A stretch of 64,000 nucleotides of DNA, taken from contig RHPI01002656.1 of assembly GCA_009103225.1 (NCBI GenBank), positions 1 to 64,000 on the forward strand. The letters run 5' to 3'. Of the stretch, positions 1 through 12,977 are shown piece after piece (positions within the stretch are counted from its first letter, which is position 1; every line of letters begins with the position of its first letter). The translations under genes were made by a program, and so were the position numbers. Source of the DNA: Chlorokybus atmophyticus (taxonomy: Eukaryota > Plantae > Mesostigma and Chlorokybus algae). A model generated the notes under the pieces. It saw nothing but the letters and a program-made list of their open reading frames with translations, did not search any database and was not told where the DNA came from.

Positions 1-180
1 TTCCTTTTTGAGAGATCCCTTTTTTCAAAACCTCCATTATACCTTCAGGCATAAGTAGTTTCGATTTCAGTCCCTTGTAAATAAGTCCAAGGCTACATGC
101 CTTGTCATGGCTGCGTTGATCACAACTCATGTCTAGGGCTGCCACATCAGCCGTTGGACCTCTTTCAACGCCCAAGACTG

Positions 181-363
181 ATCACACATCAGCCTCGGAC
201 ATTGTAAACGTCCCTAGGCTGGTCACATCAGCCTAGGACATCACACACATCATCCTTGGACGCTGTGAACGTCCTTGGCTGGTCACATCAGCCTAGGACA
301 TCACACACCTCATCCTTGGACGTTGTGAACGTCCTTGGCTGGTCACATCAGCCTAGGACATCA
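181..363. repeat. 60-bp minisatellite, about 3 copies
   Basis: GGCTGGTCACATCAGCCTAGGACATCA recurs at 217, 277 and 337 (period 60). The first copy is more diverged. Confidence 0.9.
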
Positions 364-560
364 TACTCATGCATACATATGCATCCTTATGCATACATAT
401 GCGCGCATATGCACACATATGCGCATGCATGCATATACATGCATACATCTAGTACATACCTCTCATGCACGCATATGCACTCATATGCGTACATGTGCAC
501 ACATATGCAAATACATGCATACACATGCGGACATATGCACACATATGTCTCTGTACATCA
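361..560. repeat. Low-complexity (ATGC/ACAT/CA)-type microsatellite tract
   Basis: Interspersed GCAT/ACAT/ATAT units. The same type of tract fills many introns (e.g. about 19620-19760, 20930-21170, 34780-34960, 39960-40080). Confidence 0.8.
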
Positions 561-1641
561 CATGATGTCTCATCGGCTATGATCAGCCCTGTGCTTGCCA
601 TCATGCCTTGTGTAGTTCATCATGCTCAAGGCCGCACAGGCTCTAGAGCAGACCTACATGAGAGCACACCCACAAGCACTACACACGCTTGCGTAGTGTG
701 GGTCCCCACTTGGTCTCATCTGACTTACCACATAAGTAAGGGACAGAGAATGACTTTTGCCTGCCCTGTGGGCGTGACACCCTACAACGAGTCTCAATAC
801 GCTGCAGACCCCAACATTGCGATAATGCTAGATACATCATTCATGATTTTAGCTCGTGTTCCAACTGTTTGTGCCATGCTTTCCATGAGCATTTGCCAAG
901 GTACACAACTTGTCATTGCCATATAAAAAACATCCTTATAACTACAGGACTATCTTTGTTTAAGTACATTATTTTTCCAATGTGGAATATGTGGGTTATG
1001 CTAAGCATTCTGTCATAGAGAACTTACGCAGGCGGATGTATAGACAGCAAGGCATGGTGTACAAGGGACGTACTTGTTCCACTTGGTCTGCAACAAGCTT
1101 AACACGACAACGACAAACATCTGAGTGAGGTAAGTTCCGGAGGTCAGAAGTCTGGGGAGCAGTCTGATTGCCCGCATGTAAGTCATAGGGGACTGGTCAA
1201 TGCATTTGGTTCATTTGTTGATATGATGCTGCTATGAACTGCCGGATGCTGATGCCGACTCACTCATGACAGTACTAACTCATGAATCACTCATGCATCA
1301 TTAATTAACTCATGAGACACCATCTATCTCGGGAGTCACGACTTCGCCTGCAGCCGTTGCTAACCGTGGGGAGGTGTACATGTAGTTTGTAGTTTGTAGA
1401 CATGCATGACATCACTCACAGCACCGCGCTACTCGGTAAAACTAGAACTGTTGGCGGCGCCGTAACTGCGAGGGATTGCACACGACTAGCTGGGGGCCAG
1501 GCTGTCTAGGCGTCCTGTCCGTCCTGTTGTGCATGCCGTTGGTGCTACCTGCTGGGGTCTAACCTCTCCTTCCTTGCGCTCTCCCTACACTCCACAGATT
1601 GTTACAACTGCTATCCTGCTATCCTTCCTGCCTTCCACAAC

Positions 1642-1672
<31 letters not shown>

Positions 1673-1931
1673 CTTGAGGTTCTATTAGGTCTTATAGTTT
1701 GTGCGGTTGTTACCTAGCTTGTAACTCTGTCTTGGCCCCCACTTATATGTGTGCATTGGTCTGCTGGCTGGTTTTGATGCATGCTACTTGCCTATACTAC
1801 GGAGTTTACTTTACGCAACTCTTGTGTGTTATGTATCCTTCTCTCTATCTTGATAAATCTCGTACATAATGGCACACTCAAACAATATGCACAAGTGATC
1901 ACAGACACCAGTCGAGCACAAGTGTAACTTG

Positions 1932-4726
1932 TCAAACTATACTCGGTGCAAGCCCCGTCCAAGCGCACTTAGCACGAGGCCACCGCGTTTTTATGCAGTC
2001 CACTATTTGGCCTGTCTGGGCAGGTTCTGCCCAGTCATCAACAACCACAACGGCGGATCGCACTTCATCCTCCGCATCAACATCAATGACCGTGCCAGGT
2101 ATGGTTCCGGAGGTTGAATCCTGAGAGGCTGCAACAGCCCAGGCTGTGGCTTCTGCTGGCGTCCACTTCGGTGGAACGAAGACACGCATACGCGTCAATG
2201 CCGGCTTTGCAACAGCGTCATCGCTGCTTTTGGCAATGCCGTTGAAGTGGAAAAGCTCAAACTTGCGAACCGTTGCTGGCGGGTGTGCTTCTGCGGTTGG
2301 CGATACCCCAATCAATAATGCAGATACGCCAACAACATGATCAGGCAACACCAACCAGCATGCACCAACAACAAGTGAAGCACTAAAAAGCTTACCGCTT
2401 GTCGGATCATGCTGGCAAATTGCTGCCCACAAATCCTGCCACACAATAACACCTGGAGAGCGCAGAGTCTCGCATACGTTTGCTGGGACTGATACCCCAA
2501 CAGCTTCCAGCAAAGGTGTGAGCTCCGCTGGGTCGATAAAACCACCACCTCCACTCTTGTCGCGCTCATCAAAGGCGCGGCGTATCCTCGTTTCCCTGGA
2601 CTCTTGCTCAACATCATCCTGGGTATACGAGCAGCAATCAGTTTTGTGCCAAGACCAATCCTTTCGCTCGTTGCCAATGCATGTGCTTCTCGTACCTGAA
2701 CATACATGGTGAGGGCAAACAACACTGTGTAATGCGACTCTGAACCAAGAACCCATATTGGCCAGGCTGGCCGCTTCAAATAGTTGCCGACGGTGCAGTA
2801 GTGCAAAGACTCCAAAAGTGTCAAAAACCCGACCTGCTCGCATAAACAAAATGCAAGTTCAAGTCGCTATGCAATTGACCTCCTGCCCAGGGTTTTGCAA
2901 ACTGCTTGCCTGTACGGCATGAGGAATGCCCTGCAATGTCATGGCTTCCAGCTGCACTGCCCCATCAAACACATTGGCAACAGCTCGCCCACACAAGAAT
3001 AGATTGACCATTTCCTGCAAACACTCGTTGTTCTCAAGTACTCAGAGCAAATACCTGCAGCAACCGGAGGTAGACACACTCACTTGTGATGCATGACCAA
3101 ATGGTGCCGTAATAAGCGGCTGCCCAGGATCATCTCTGTCCGACTCAACGCCTTCTATACCACGGCTAAGTATAGCACTGATCAAAACCAGCATCACGCC
3201 TAGCGGGCCCTGTAAGTGCAACAGCTGAATGAGCTTCAAGTCCCACTAACTAGTACCCCAAAGTGCTCTGGGGACACCAAAGCGGATCCATGGTGGTAAT
3301 TGTCGTAGCTATAAAGCACCAGTGCAAAGACCTTGAAACACGCACCTGAAGGGAGGGCAAGGCACTGGCGACAACTGCTCGCACTTGAGACTCAGAACCA
3401 CAAGGCGTAACCACAAACAAGCTCTGCAGCATCTCACAATGGCTCAGCAGCAAGTCCTCCGGCTCCTCGGTTCTAAGCTCCGGCTGCACAAGCATTGCAC
3501 TGTCAGCCACAAGAAGGTGAACCCTGGCAAAGCTACAGGGACAAATGGTGTCATACGTTGTGTTCTGCAAAGGCAACAACATGCAAAACGTAACTGGACC
3601 ATGCAGATTATGGCGCATAACCGTACGACCTTTGCGGCCGAGGCATTGCTGCACAGGTCCACAACAAAGGCCTGCCTTGGGGACTTGTTGCTGTCATCTG
3701 CACAGCACCATAGCACTTCGGCAATTGCCTCCACCAGAGACCTGCACGCAAAGAATGTTGATAGTAGTCAGCATTCCATGGAAGGATGGGGAGTGGAAGG
3801 ACTGCAGTACACGATGCTTGCAGATGGCTCGCGCACCTTTGGCACTGCTGCGGTGTTAATCTTAGATAGTCGTCTGGTGCAACTGCAACTTCGTCACTGC
3901 CTGCTACCAGTTCACCACGTGCACCCTCTCCGGTAAACAGCAGCTGCTTGAGCACCACTGCCTGCGCAGATAAGTGGATAAATGACAAAGGCAATCAAAC
4001 GAGCTTGAAGAATAACATCGAAAACCAGCACTCTGCGCAAATGCAAAACGTCCTCAGTAACTTGCAAACATGTTTTGCAACATGCGAGGCCTTGTGGCAG
4101 CTACTGGGCGCAAAATGGTGCCATCTAGCAGCCTACCTGAATTGGAGCTAGCACACCACACGGACCGCCCTGTCGCTGTACTAAACCAAGGCTGGTCTCT
4201 GGATCAGTGCTGAACCTGCAGCAGCAATGTGAAGACATGCGCTGGTCAACCGTGTCGTGCCCAGTTGCATTTGCAGCAGCATGTACAACACGTGATACCT
4301 GAAGCCTTGATTGCACCACTGTTCAAGAACGGAAGGTGCTGGATTGTCCCCAAACAACAACTTGTAAAGGCGCTCAGCTACAGCTGCTGGCAACTGCTTT
4401 GACATGTGTTCGTCCTTAGCAAAGGATGTGGAGTCGCTGATTGATGGCTTTTCCGGGAAGATTGGCGCAGCTTTCTGCACGGGTGCTGCAGGGCCTGCTT
4501 CCGTACTACCACCGCTAGCTTGAGATTGGGATGGACTAGATGACGCTGCTTGTTGCTGAGAACGAGCCCGGCGTTCCGCAGCTGCAGCACGAAGCTCTCT
4601 CTGCCTGGCGGCATCTTCAACCATTTCTGGCTGATCTAGTCGTGAACGTTTGGGGTCTGGCTGCGAACTATGTTGAGGAGGGCTGTCACCGTTCTGATAA
4701 ACCTGAACTGCACTATCCCGTGGCAT
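1932..4726 (-). CDS. MINDY3: MINDY3/4-type K48 deubiquitinase (DUF4205/FAM188) with EF-hand insertion, multi-exon
   Basis: Spliced translation gives the catalytic Cys motif LVQRQGGPCGVLAPIQ, then VGFLTLLESLHYCTVGNYLKRPAWPIWVLGSESHYTVLF (catalytic His). It also has an EF-hand-like FDERDKSGGGGFIDPAEL, FELFHFNGI and C-terminal IKTRWP...PSIV*. The N-terminus PDPKRSR...QRELRAAAAERR resembles plant homologues. The start codon is uncertain. Confidence 0.88.
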
Positions 4727-5193
4727 CAGACTCCTGGAGCAACGTTCTCACTCATACCTTTGCTTTCTTCATCTGTCACAGGCCATGAATGCAATTGAGT
4801 CAGTTGGATGAAGGGACTTTATCCGCTGTATACCTAAAGCTATACTGTTAGTCATCAGACTTAAGCGGTGGCAGAGCAGCAAAAAGCGTGCTCAGCACCA
4901 TCTCGCAATGAGTGCACACTGCACATGGAAGCGAGGCTTGTGATAGTACAACCATGCAAAAACTATTTTACTGACAACTGCATCCAGTGTGTCAAGAGCT
5001 CAGCAAAGAGCCAAGGATAAGCAAGCTTATACCCCTATGCAATGCACCAGTTTCGTCGCAGGCAACACTCCTACAATGGGGAGATTTGTCTATTTTCTTT
5101 TCCGTTTGCCATTCATTGATGCACGGAGGCAGTCAGGACCCACGCAATACCTAAGCGACTAAAGCCAAATGAACACGTACACAAGGACGCGGT

Positions 5194-5617
5194 TATACTA
5201 CCTGAGAAGCAAAGCAGGTGCGCAGTGCTTGAAACTCAGCGTCACAGCAGCCACGCGAAACGTCAGGCACTGCTGCCGCAACGCACGCCCCGTACGCAGC
5301 AGCCTGGGAAACAAAGAGGTGAAGGATAGCATACACAGTCTACTACTCTGCCTATGTATGTCATGTGCAAGCATGAGACAATGGACTGTATGTGCAACGC
5401 CATGCTAGCATGCGTAGCTGCCTACTCAGTACACATACAAACGCAAATGGTGACCTTCAAACACAGCGCAGTGGCTGGAACCCTAAACTCAGCGCAGTGC
5501 ACGCAAGCAGCAAAACGGCACCTGGGTCGAGCAGGCGCTCAGGCTGGCAGCGTAACGCTTCAGCATCCGTGACCCATCCCTTTCAACCGCTGCAGCCGCC
5601 GCTTCCCTCCCGCCCAT
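5194..5617 (-). CDS. NDUFAF8: Twin CX9C mitochondrial intermembrane-space protein, NDUFAF8-like (2 exons: 5617-5522, 5303-5194)
   Basis: A GT-AG phase-0 join gives MGGREAAAAAVERDGSRMLKRYAASLSACSTQ|AAAYGACVAAAVPDVSRGCCDAEFQALRTCFASQVV*. It has two exact CX9C motifs, and C..AAAYG.CV and C..EF.ALR.CF match the NDUFAF8 pattern as recalled. The 3' end could instead splice at 5202. Confidence 0.72.
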
Positions 5618-6167
5618 TCCTCCGCCACCGCCGCCGCCTCCCTGGCTACCCTAAGTCTTCACTGAACAGAGTGAACATGCTGAACTCCTTACCTTACCGA
5701 ACCGACGGCAAGCACAGTGAACGACAATGAACCGCTCAGTTGCAGCATGTTGGGTAGCTTGGCGCTTGCCTGAGGCCGCCTCAAGGTGGCGACATAATAA
5801 TTGGGAAGTTCGCCCACAAGCTTGAGCTCAACACTTGTCAAGCATGCTTGCGAAAGTCAACGGTGTGAGTGCTGCAAGCATTGGATTGACGCTTGCAGTT
5901 TGAGCGAGCAGAATACACTGCCGCATGCCGCAGAGTACTGAGCTGGTTCATCTGGACATTTATGGAGCATCTGACGATGGACGGGCAGTTCACACGGCGT
6001 AAAGGGTGCCATGTCTGACACCTACTATGTCTAGGTGGGAAGCGAAGCAGCAGCGCCGGCAAGCTTACGCCGCATTGCAGGTTTGACTACTGTGGGTTTG
6101 CCGCATTGTGTATCGGTCGACACTCGTGTGTGATGATGTGCAGCTTGCCTAGATCCGCAGTAGCATC

Positions 6168-9100
6168 ATGCTGCTTCAGTTGGCAAATCGTGAACATCAG
6201 TGCATCCCGCAGGCTTCTGCAGAGGTGGTCCGTTCCCAGCTCGGGCGCCAGCTGGTGCTCAAAATTGTTTCCGAAAGCGATGGGAGAGGGATGATTGCTG
6301 CGGACGCTTGCGAGACGCTCGCCCTGCTTGATGACAAGCATCCCGTTGTGACACTGCTGGTGGAGTATGCGACTGGGCTCAAAGCCACAAATGGAACGGT
6401 AGGCTCACTTCTGTTCTGTTACAGTGTCCATTTACGTTCCCAAACCATCCATTGCTTGACCGCGCTAGCACCTTGCATGTATGACCACAAACTGTGTCCA
6501 GCTTATTGTGTATATGGTGGTTGCCAGAATTGTGTGCGCATTCATCCCTTGACGTGAATGTATGTATGGTCAAGCAGCGCTACTGCGTGTGCGTCCCAAC
6601 TCACCTTCATGTTGCAGGGCGTGACGTGGGCGGTTGTTCTTGCTGGGTTGCTTGCTGATGCCTCGTTGCAGCTGGAGGACTCTGGCATTGACAGGTGCGT
6701 CGGCGAGACGTGTGTATGCTGTGCATCTCGTGTGAGCGCCCACTACGTTACCCATTGTGCAGTGAGCGCATTGACTACTGGATGCAGCAGGCCGCTGACT
6801 GTTGCAAGCAAGCCATCACTTGCCATGCGGTTACACTAGAACAATTGCACGATCCTGCTGTAACGCCATGTGCCCAGCGCCTGCTGCTCTCTGCACAAGG
6901 TACACTGAGTTACCACACGCATGCTTGCCATACTTGCATTGCTATCAATGCGCGGGATGCCTGTATACAGCAACTGTGTTTGTAGCCTTCAATGTTGTAC
7001 GCTGTTCCAGAGAGGCTGCATCATACTTAGCAGTATCACGTGGCTGACAGCACGCAGCATGGTATTTGAACCTCTGTCATGGTCACCACGTAGCTGCGGC
7101 ACGCTCATCCTGCATTGATGTTGTCTTCCGGTGCAGGCTACCCGAAGATCTTTCCACCAGACCGGCAACTGCCACCCAAAGAGCTCGAGAGGAATGCTGC
7201 TGCTGGTGATGATGATGAGTTCAGCTGGTTCCTTGAAGATGAGGCAGAAACCGGCACATTGCCAACGGATGTCTCCCAGACAACTGCAGCAACTCGTGCA
7301 AATGGCATCCCTGCAGCCGATGTTGGTCTCCTGGCACAACTGGCATTGGGTTCTGGGCACTCCACCAACACAATGCCAGCTTCACTTGCCCTAGCAGCCT
7401 GCTTGCTTATGAACCAGGCCGCAGGATCATGCAGCATGCAGCGACTGCGAACTGAGGTTGCTGCTGGTCCAACGTCCGTCAACAGCTGTGCATTCCTCGG
7501 CACAAGTGTTGCACTGGATCTGAGCTCAAACGCTTACAGCCACCTTATACACCAGTTGCGCACCGCACCTTCGGAATTGCATCGTGTTGCAGTGATATGC
7601 TCAGACTGTGAGAAGGACATGCTAGAGCAAGCGGCAGCGGCATGGTCGGTTTTTGGTGAAGGCTTTCAGAAAGGCACTGTTGCAACTGACTTGCCCTTCC
7701 TCCAGGTAGGCACAGCCTCGCGACTGGCAACAGCTGTGCCAACAATTGCATTGTGTATGGCATCAAGATTACAATTGCGAATATGACCTTCACCAAAGGT
7801 CACTTTCCCAACACAGTTGCCACCATGACGCATGGCGCCCAGCATAATACTTGTGAATGCTTTGCATATGTCCAGTTGTGTAAGTGTGTGGAGGGGGTTG
7901 GGCGCAACGACAGAGTCTGTTGTGTGCTGCTTGCAGGCTTTGACAAGTCATGTACAGTCCCTAGGCGTGACTATGCTTTGCAGTTCCGGACGTGTCGAGT
8001 CCAATCTAAAGATTGCTTTGGAGCAAGCAGGAGTCTCAGTGGTAGCCAGTACTGGCACCAACAAAGCTGAAGACATTGCACTGACATGCGGAGTGCAAGC
8101 CGCTTGGGGCTTGGTGGGGCTCAGGACTAACCATGTCAGCAGAGACATGGTATAAAGCTGCATGCAAGCCTCAATGGTGTGATGCTCCTGATAGCATTCT
8201 CGCTTGAGTCATCAGGCATGCACAGGTTGCCATTGTATACTTGACTGCATTGCAATGATCATGCTATCCGGAAGCCTGTTTGACTGCTGCAATGGTGGCA
8301 TCTGTGAGCCAGTCCTTTCGTAACTTATAGCAGATGCACAGGTTGTAACTCTTCCTTCTGGTGGGTGGAATTTCGAGGAAAGTACTGGCATGCACAAAAG
8401 GCACTCCCAGGTGAGTTCGCAAGTACTGTATGCCTAAAATTGCAGCGTATCCAGTGCAATCTGTTACCGCACAACTTGTCAATCACGCGCCACAATTAGA
8501 ATATGAATATGCTTGATGGAATATGTTTCGTCCTGACAGCATCAGATCGAGCGACTGTACTTGCTCATCACTCCTTCAACTGTCAACAAAGGCCATGGGG
8601 CTGGCACCGGGCCTGTGTCGCTTGCACCTGTGACTGTAATGGCGTGCTCTGCGGCAGCTGCTGCAGCTACCGCCCTAGCCAGCCAAGTTGAGAGATGTGT
8701 TGCCATGTTGTGTAACGCATTGCAGGTGCGAACTGCAAGATGTGTTGTACATCATATGTGCGCAACATGCTACGTGGAAGCATGTCAGCAGCAACATCTG
8801 TCTCTCGTTTCTTGTTATCCAGTAAGCATGGCCCATACATGACTTTGTGGTGTTACGCAGTGCGGAAAGGTACTTCCTACTGGCTATGCAGAGTTGAGCT
8901 GTATGAAGGCCTTGTCCTCACTGCAAAGGCAGTACGCACCGCACAACAGTGAAGCGGAGTCTGTTTTTGCTGCAGTGGCCGAGTGCTTCAGGAGCATACT
9001 ATACATTGCAGTGACCAACCAGGGGTTGGACCGCTCTGCTGCAGCAAAGCGTATATCTGAGGCAGACAAGTTGTTTGCTGGCTGTGCGCCAGGTGAGTAT

Positions 9101-9241
9101 AGCACCAAGGTGCGCGTGTATCACGAAGAGTTCTCCAGCTATGAGGATGTAAAGGCTCGGATAGAGGGTGTTGCAACAGCTGTGAATGTAGTCAGATTGG
9201 TCTTGAACGCTGAGACCATAATTACCAACTATTTACTGTGA
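6168..9241 (+). CDS. Divergent group II chaperonin-like protein, BBS12/BBS10/MKKS class (closest recalled match BBS12), multi-exon
   Basis: Equatorial-domain features: VVRSQLG, ETLALLDDKHPVVTLLVE, and a degenerate GDGTT motif (TNGT|GVTWAVVLAGLL). Apical-domain segments: RLRTEVAAGPTSVNSCAFLG and VQSLGVTMLCSSGRVE. C-terminal CGKVLPTGYAELSCM and YEDVKARIEGVATAVNVVRLVLNAETII. Too divergent for a canonical CCT subunit. Confidence 0.65.
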
Positions 9242-9360
9242 TGACCGTTCATCAAGTCTGGAAGTTGTATTCATGACATTGCACAATTGAGGTACTATTC
9301 TTACTGTAACAACACGGACAGTAGCAACTTCATCTTTCAACAGGTTACCGCAGGTCTAGC

Positions 9361-10025
<665 letters not shown>

Positions 10026-10856
10026 NCTGACAAACTTGTGCTGTTACTTGTACATTGCCCCTCCCCTCTCCTGCCCCCCTCTGGTAACATCATAAATTAA
10101 CAGTAACGCAAATTGTGCGCTTTTCATCCACATTAAGCACAGTCTTGCGCTATGCAATGTCAACGTCCTGGACAAGTATCAAGTATATAACCTGGCCTAG
10201 CCTGGCGCTTGATACCATGATACCAGTAAGATACTACCGTAAGGTAATGAACAACATAGACAAGCAAGCATAGTGGGGCAACCTTGATGTGTTGTTTCGA
10301 AACACTACCTGAGCATGTGTACCATGTTATGTCGCCTGACAACACAGGTATACACTCCCATCCGCAATGTCACTTAGCATAGCAGGCAGATCCACAAAGT
10401 CGACTCTGCACCTGGAATTCCATACTCTGCTTAACTGCTTTGCGCTTCAAGTGTACTATCTGCTGTGCACTGGTGGTTACAAGCAGTCCAGCAGCAGCCA
10501 AGCCACCGAGCTATAACCTACTCACGTGTACATGGGTGTGCGAGCTAACCACACCGGTTCATGCATGTGTGGCAAACAAACGAAGTGGCCACAGCAAGTA
10601 AGCAAGAAGACCATACACTGAGCAGCAACTGAATGCGAGCATCTTATACCCAAAAAGCGTTATAGCCCCAGTATTAAGTCAAAACTTGCGTCCTGCACAA
10701 CGTATGTACTTCTCCTGCCCCTTGCAGCAGAGCACAAGACACACCCCTGCAGAAACAACAATCCCTTTCTACAGCTTCCAAACCAACTCTCGCTTATGTT
10801 ACACTAACATTGCGTGGCAAGTTCAACCACCAAGCAGGTGACATGTAGTAAGCTGC

Positions 10857-11628
10857 TTAAACTGGTGCCTGGTCCAGGAGTGAGGGGGTACTTGAGGAGT
10901 CGCCGGTGGCACTGTCAAACATCTCACTGTAATCGCTGGTGCCACTAGGCCTACGGTCATCGGCAGCATCCGTCCTGGCTTCCTTCTTGTCCTCGCCGCC
11001 GGCATCGTCACTGTCGCCGTGAACCACTTCCGCGATCTTCTCAGTCCATCTCTTTGCGTGGCCCTCGCTCTCCTTCAGGCCCTGTGCGCGCGCCTCGGCC
11101 TCTATCGGCTGTGGATGCATGCATGTTAAGACCATGCTGAACGTCTCATACAGCACAACCATAGGATGGCATTACTAGTGCTGAGGTATTACAGCGCATG
11201 TTGTAGCCAGTATGCATCTTGACTTGACTCATGTGGCCAGCTAGTGAGACCACCACAAGCCCGAAGCTACGTACAACTCTGAATCTCTGCGCATGTGCAT
11301 GCAACTGCTGTGGTTTATAAAACACCATCACCAACATCATAGACACAGAGTCACGCGTAGTCTTCACTTCAGAGCGACAAACGTAAAGGCACGAAGAAAG
11401 ATACCAAAACACAACTCATCAGTACCCTCTCCGCTGCTGCCAAAGTTAACCAAACCGGACAAGCAAGGAAACAAGCGTACGAGCATAACAGAACACCAAA
11501 CCAAAACAAACCTGGCGCTCAGAGCCTGAGTGAATACCGCGCGCCTGCTCAGCGTACTCCTGGCGCTTGGGGTGGTCCGTGGTGGGCCTGCCCTCCTGGG
11601 CTGCACGGGCTGCGGGATGAGCCGACAT
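10857..11628 (-). CDS. Small hydrophilic (hydrophilin/LEA-like composition) hypothetical protein, 122 aa (exons 11628-11512, 11108-10857)
   Basis: A phase-0 GT-AG join gives MSAHPAARAAQEGRPTTDHPKRQEYAEQARGIHSGSERQ|PIEAEARAQGLKESEGHAKRWTEKIAEVVHGDSDD...LDQAPV*. Both exons are GC-rich relative to their flanks. No family recognised. Confidence 0.55.
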
Positions 11629-12607
11629 GATGGAGTTGTGTTTGGACAGCAGTAAACGTGTATGAAGTGCCTGGGTGTTAACCAATCAAGTGTTCCCCTT
11701 CCTCGCGACAATGACCCTGAGCACTGTGTAGCAACTACACTACAAGGTCTGCTTTGTGGACGTAAGATGCCACTCTGCTGGGGAGGAGTAACTAACGCAA
11801 CCGACTGTCTGCTTGGAGATTGTGGATGCGGGCGACGTCAGTGTATCCGTGCGCTGACGTTGATTGCATCTGGCGAGCCGCAAGCACTGTGCTTTGCTTG
11901 CTCGGCGCACTCTAGATTGACGTCGTCATGAAAACAGGCGGCTACCCTACAGGAGGTAGTCCTTTTGTGTCTGAGATAGTCTCAGGGCATCGTCTGAGTG
12001 CTTTGCGCCCTGCCGACGTCGGGAGATCGCAAGATTTGGGCCAACGTGGAGTAACCAGCGTGGCAGTGCGTCATGTTTTATGCAGCGTTGGATACGGGGA
12101 ACTTGGACAAGCTAACTTCATGGGCATGCACATGTCCATAAAGTTAGCTCTGCTTTCTCATTCTACTTGTATGATGAGTCATCATTAGGGACGACTCCCA
12201 AATAGGAGTCCTAAGTTGAACTTTCATCACATGCTTTAGGGGACCATACAAACACGAACCGTTGATCTCAATGCTTAAGATGGCATTTTTAGTATACATT
12301 TTAAAGCAACAATTCACGTTTGAACTCGTTAACCATGTAAATGCGCCATAATGATATTCAAGCATAAATAAATATGCCATTCTCGCAAGCGGGATTATGA
12401 TTGACAATACGCAATATTTGGATGAATTATTAGGTTAGCAGCTCTTATGTGCTTAATTCAACCATAGAAATAATAATTATACCATAATGCTTCCGTAGAA
12501 TCCCTATTCATGGATTTATTAAGACTTGAAGGTTTGTTAATGATAGGCACAGGACTCCTATATGAAAACAATCGCGGAACCTGGGGAGGAGGGGGGGGGG
12601 GGGGGAA

Positions 12608-12818
12608 NNNNNNNNNNNNNNNNNNNNNNNNNNNNNNNNNNNNNNNNNNNNNNNNNNNNNNNNNNNNNNNNNNNNNNNNNNNNNNNNNNNNNNNNNNNNN
12701 NNNNNNNNNNNNNNNNNNNNNNNNNNNNNNNNNNNNNNNNNNNNNNNNNNNNNNNNNNNNNNNNNNNNNNNNNNNNNNNNNNNNNNNNNNNNNNNNNNNN
12801 NNNNNNNNNNNNNNNNNN
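12608..12818. other. Assembly gap (N run) flanked by poly-G
   Basis: Ns from 12608 to 12818 with G runs on both sides. Confidence 0.99.
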
Positions 12819-12933
12819 GGGGGGAACACAAAGTATATATTAAAATATACATATTATCCTGATAATAATATTGTACGAAAGCATTTACCATGACACGTAT
12901 TGAGAATGTGCACGCTGAGTACCAACGAACCTC

Positions 12934-12977
12934 ATGAACTTCTTGGTGCACCGTGCACGATGCACTAAGAAGTTCAT
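12934..12977. repeat. 44-bp near-perfect palindrome
   Basis: ATGAACTTCTTGGTGCACCGTGCACGATGCACTAAGAAGTTCAT differs from its reverse complement at only two base pairs. Confidence 0.9.

Noticed and set aside
181-363. CRISPR-like appearance of a repeat with an internal palindrome
   Set aside because: The units are contiguous with no unique spacers, the DNA is eukaryotic, and there are no cas genes.
3385-3936. 183-aa plus-strand ORF
   Set aside because: Antisense to MINDY exons and introns, with no recognisable domain.
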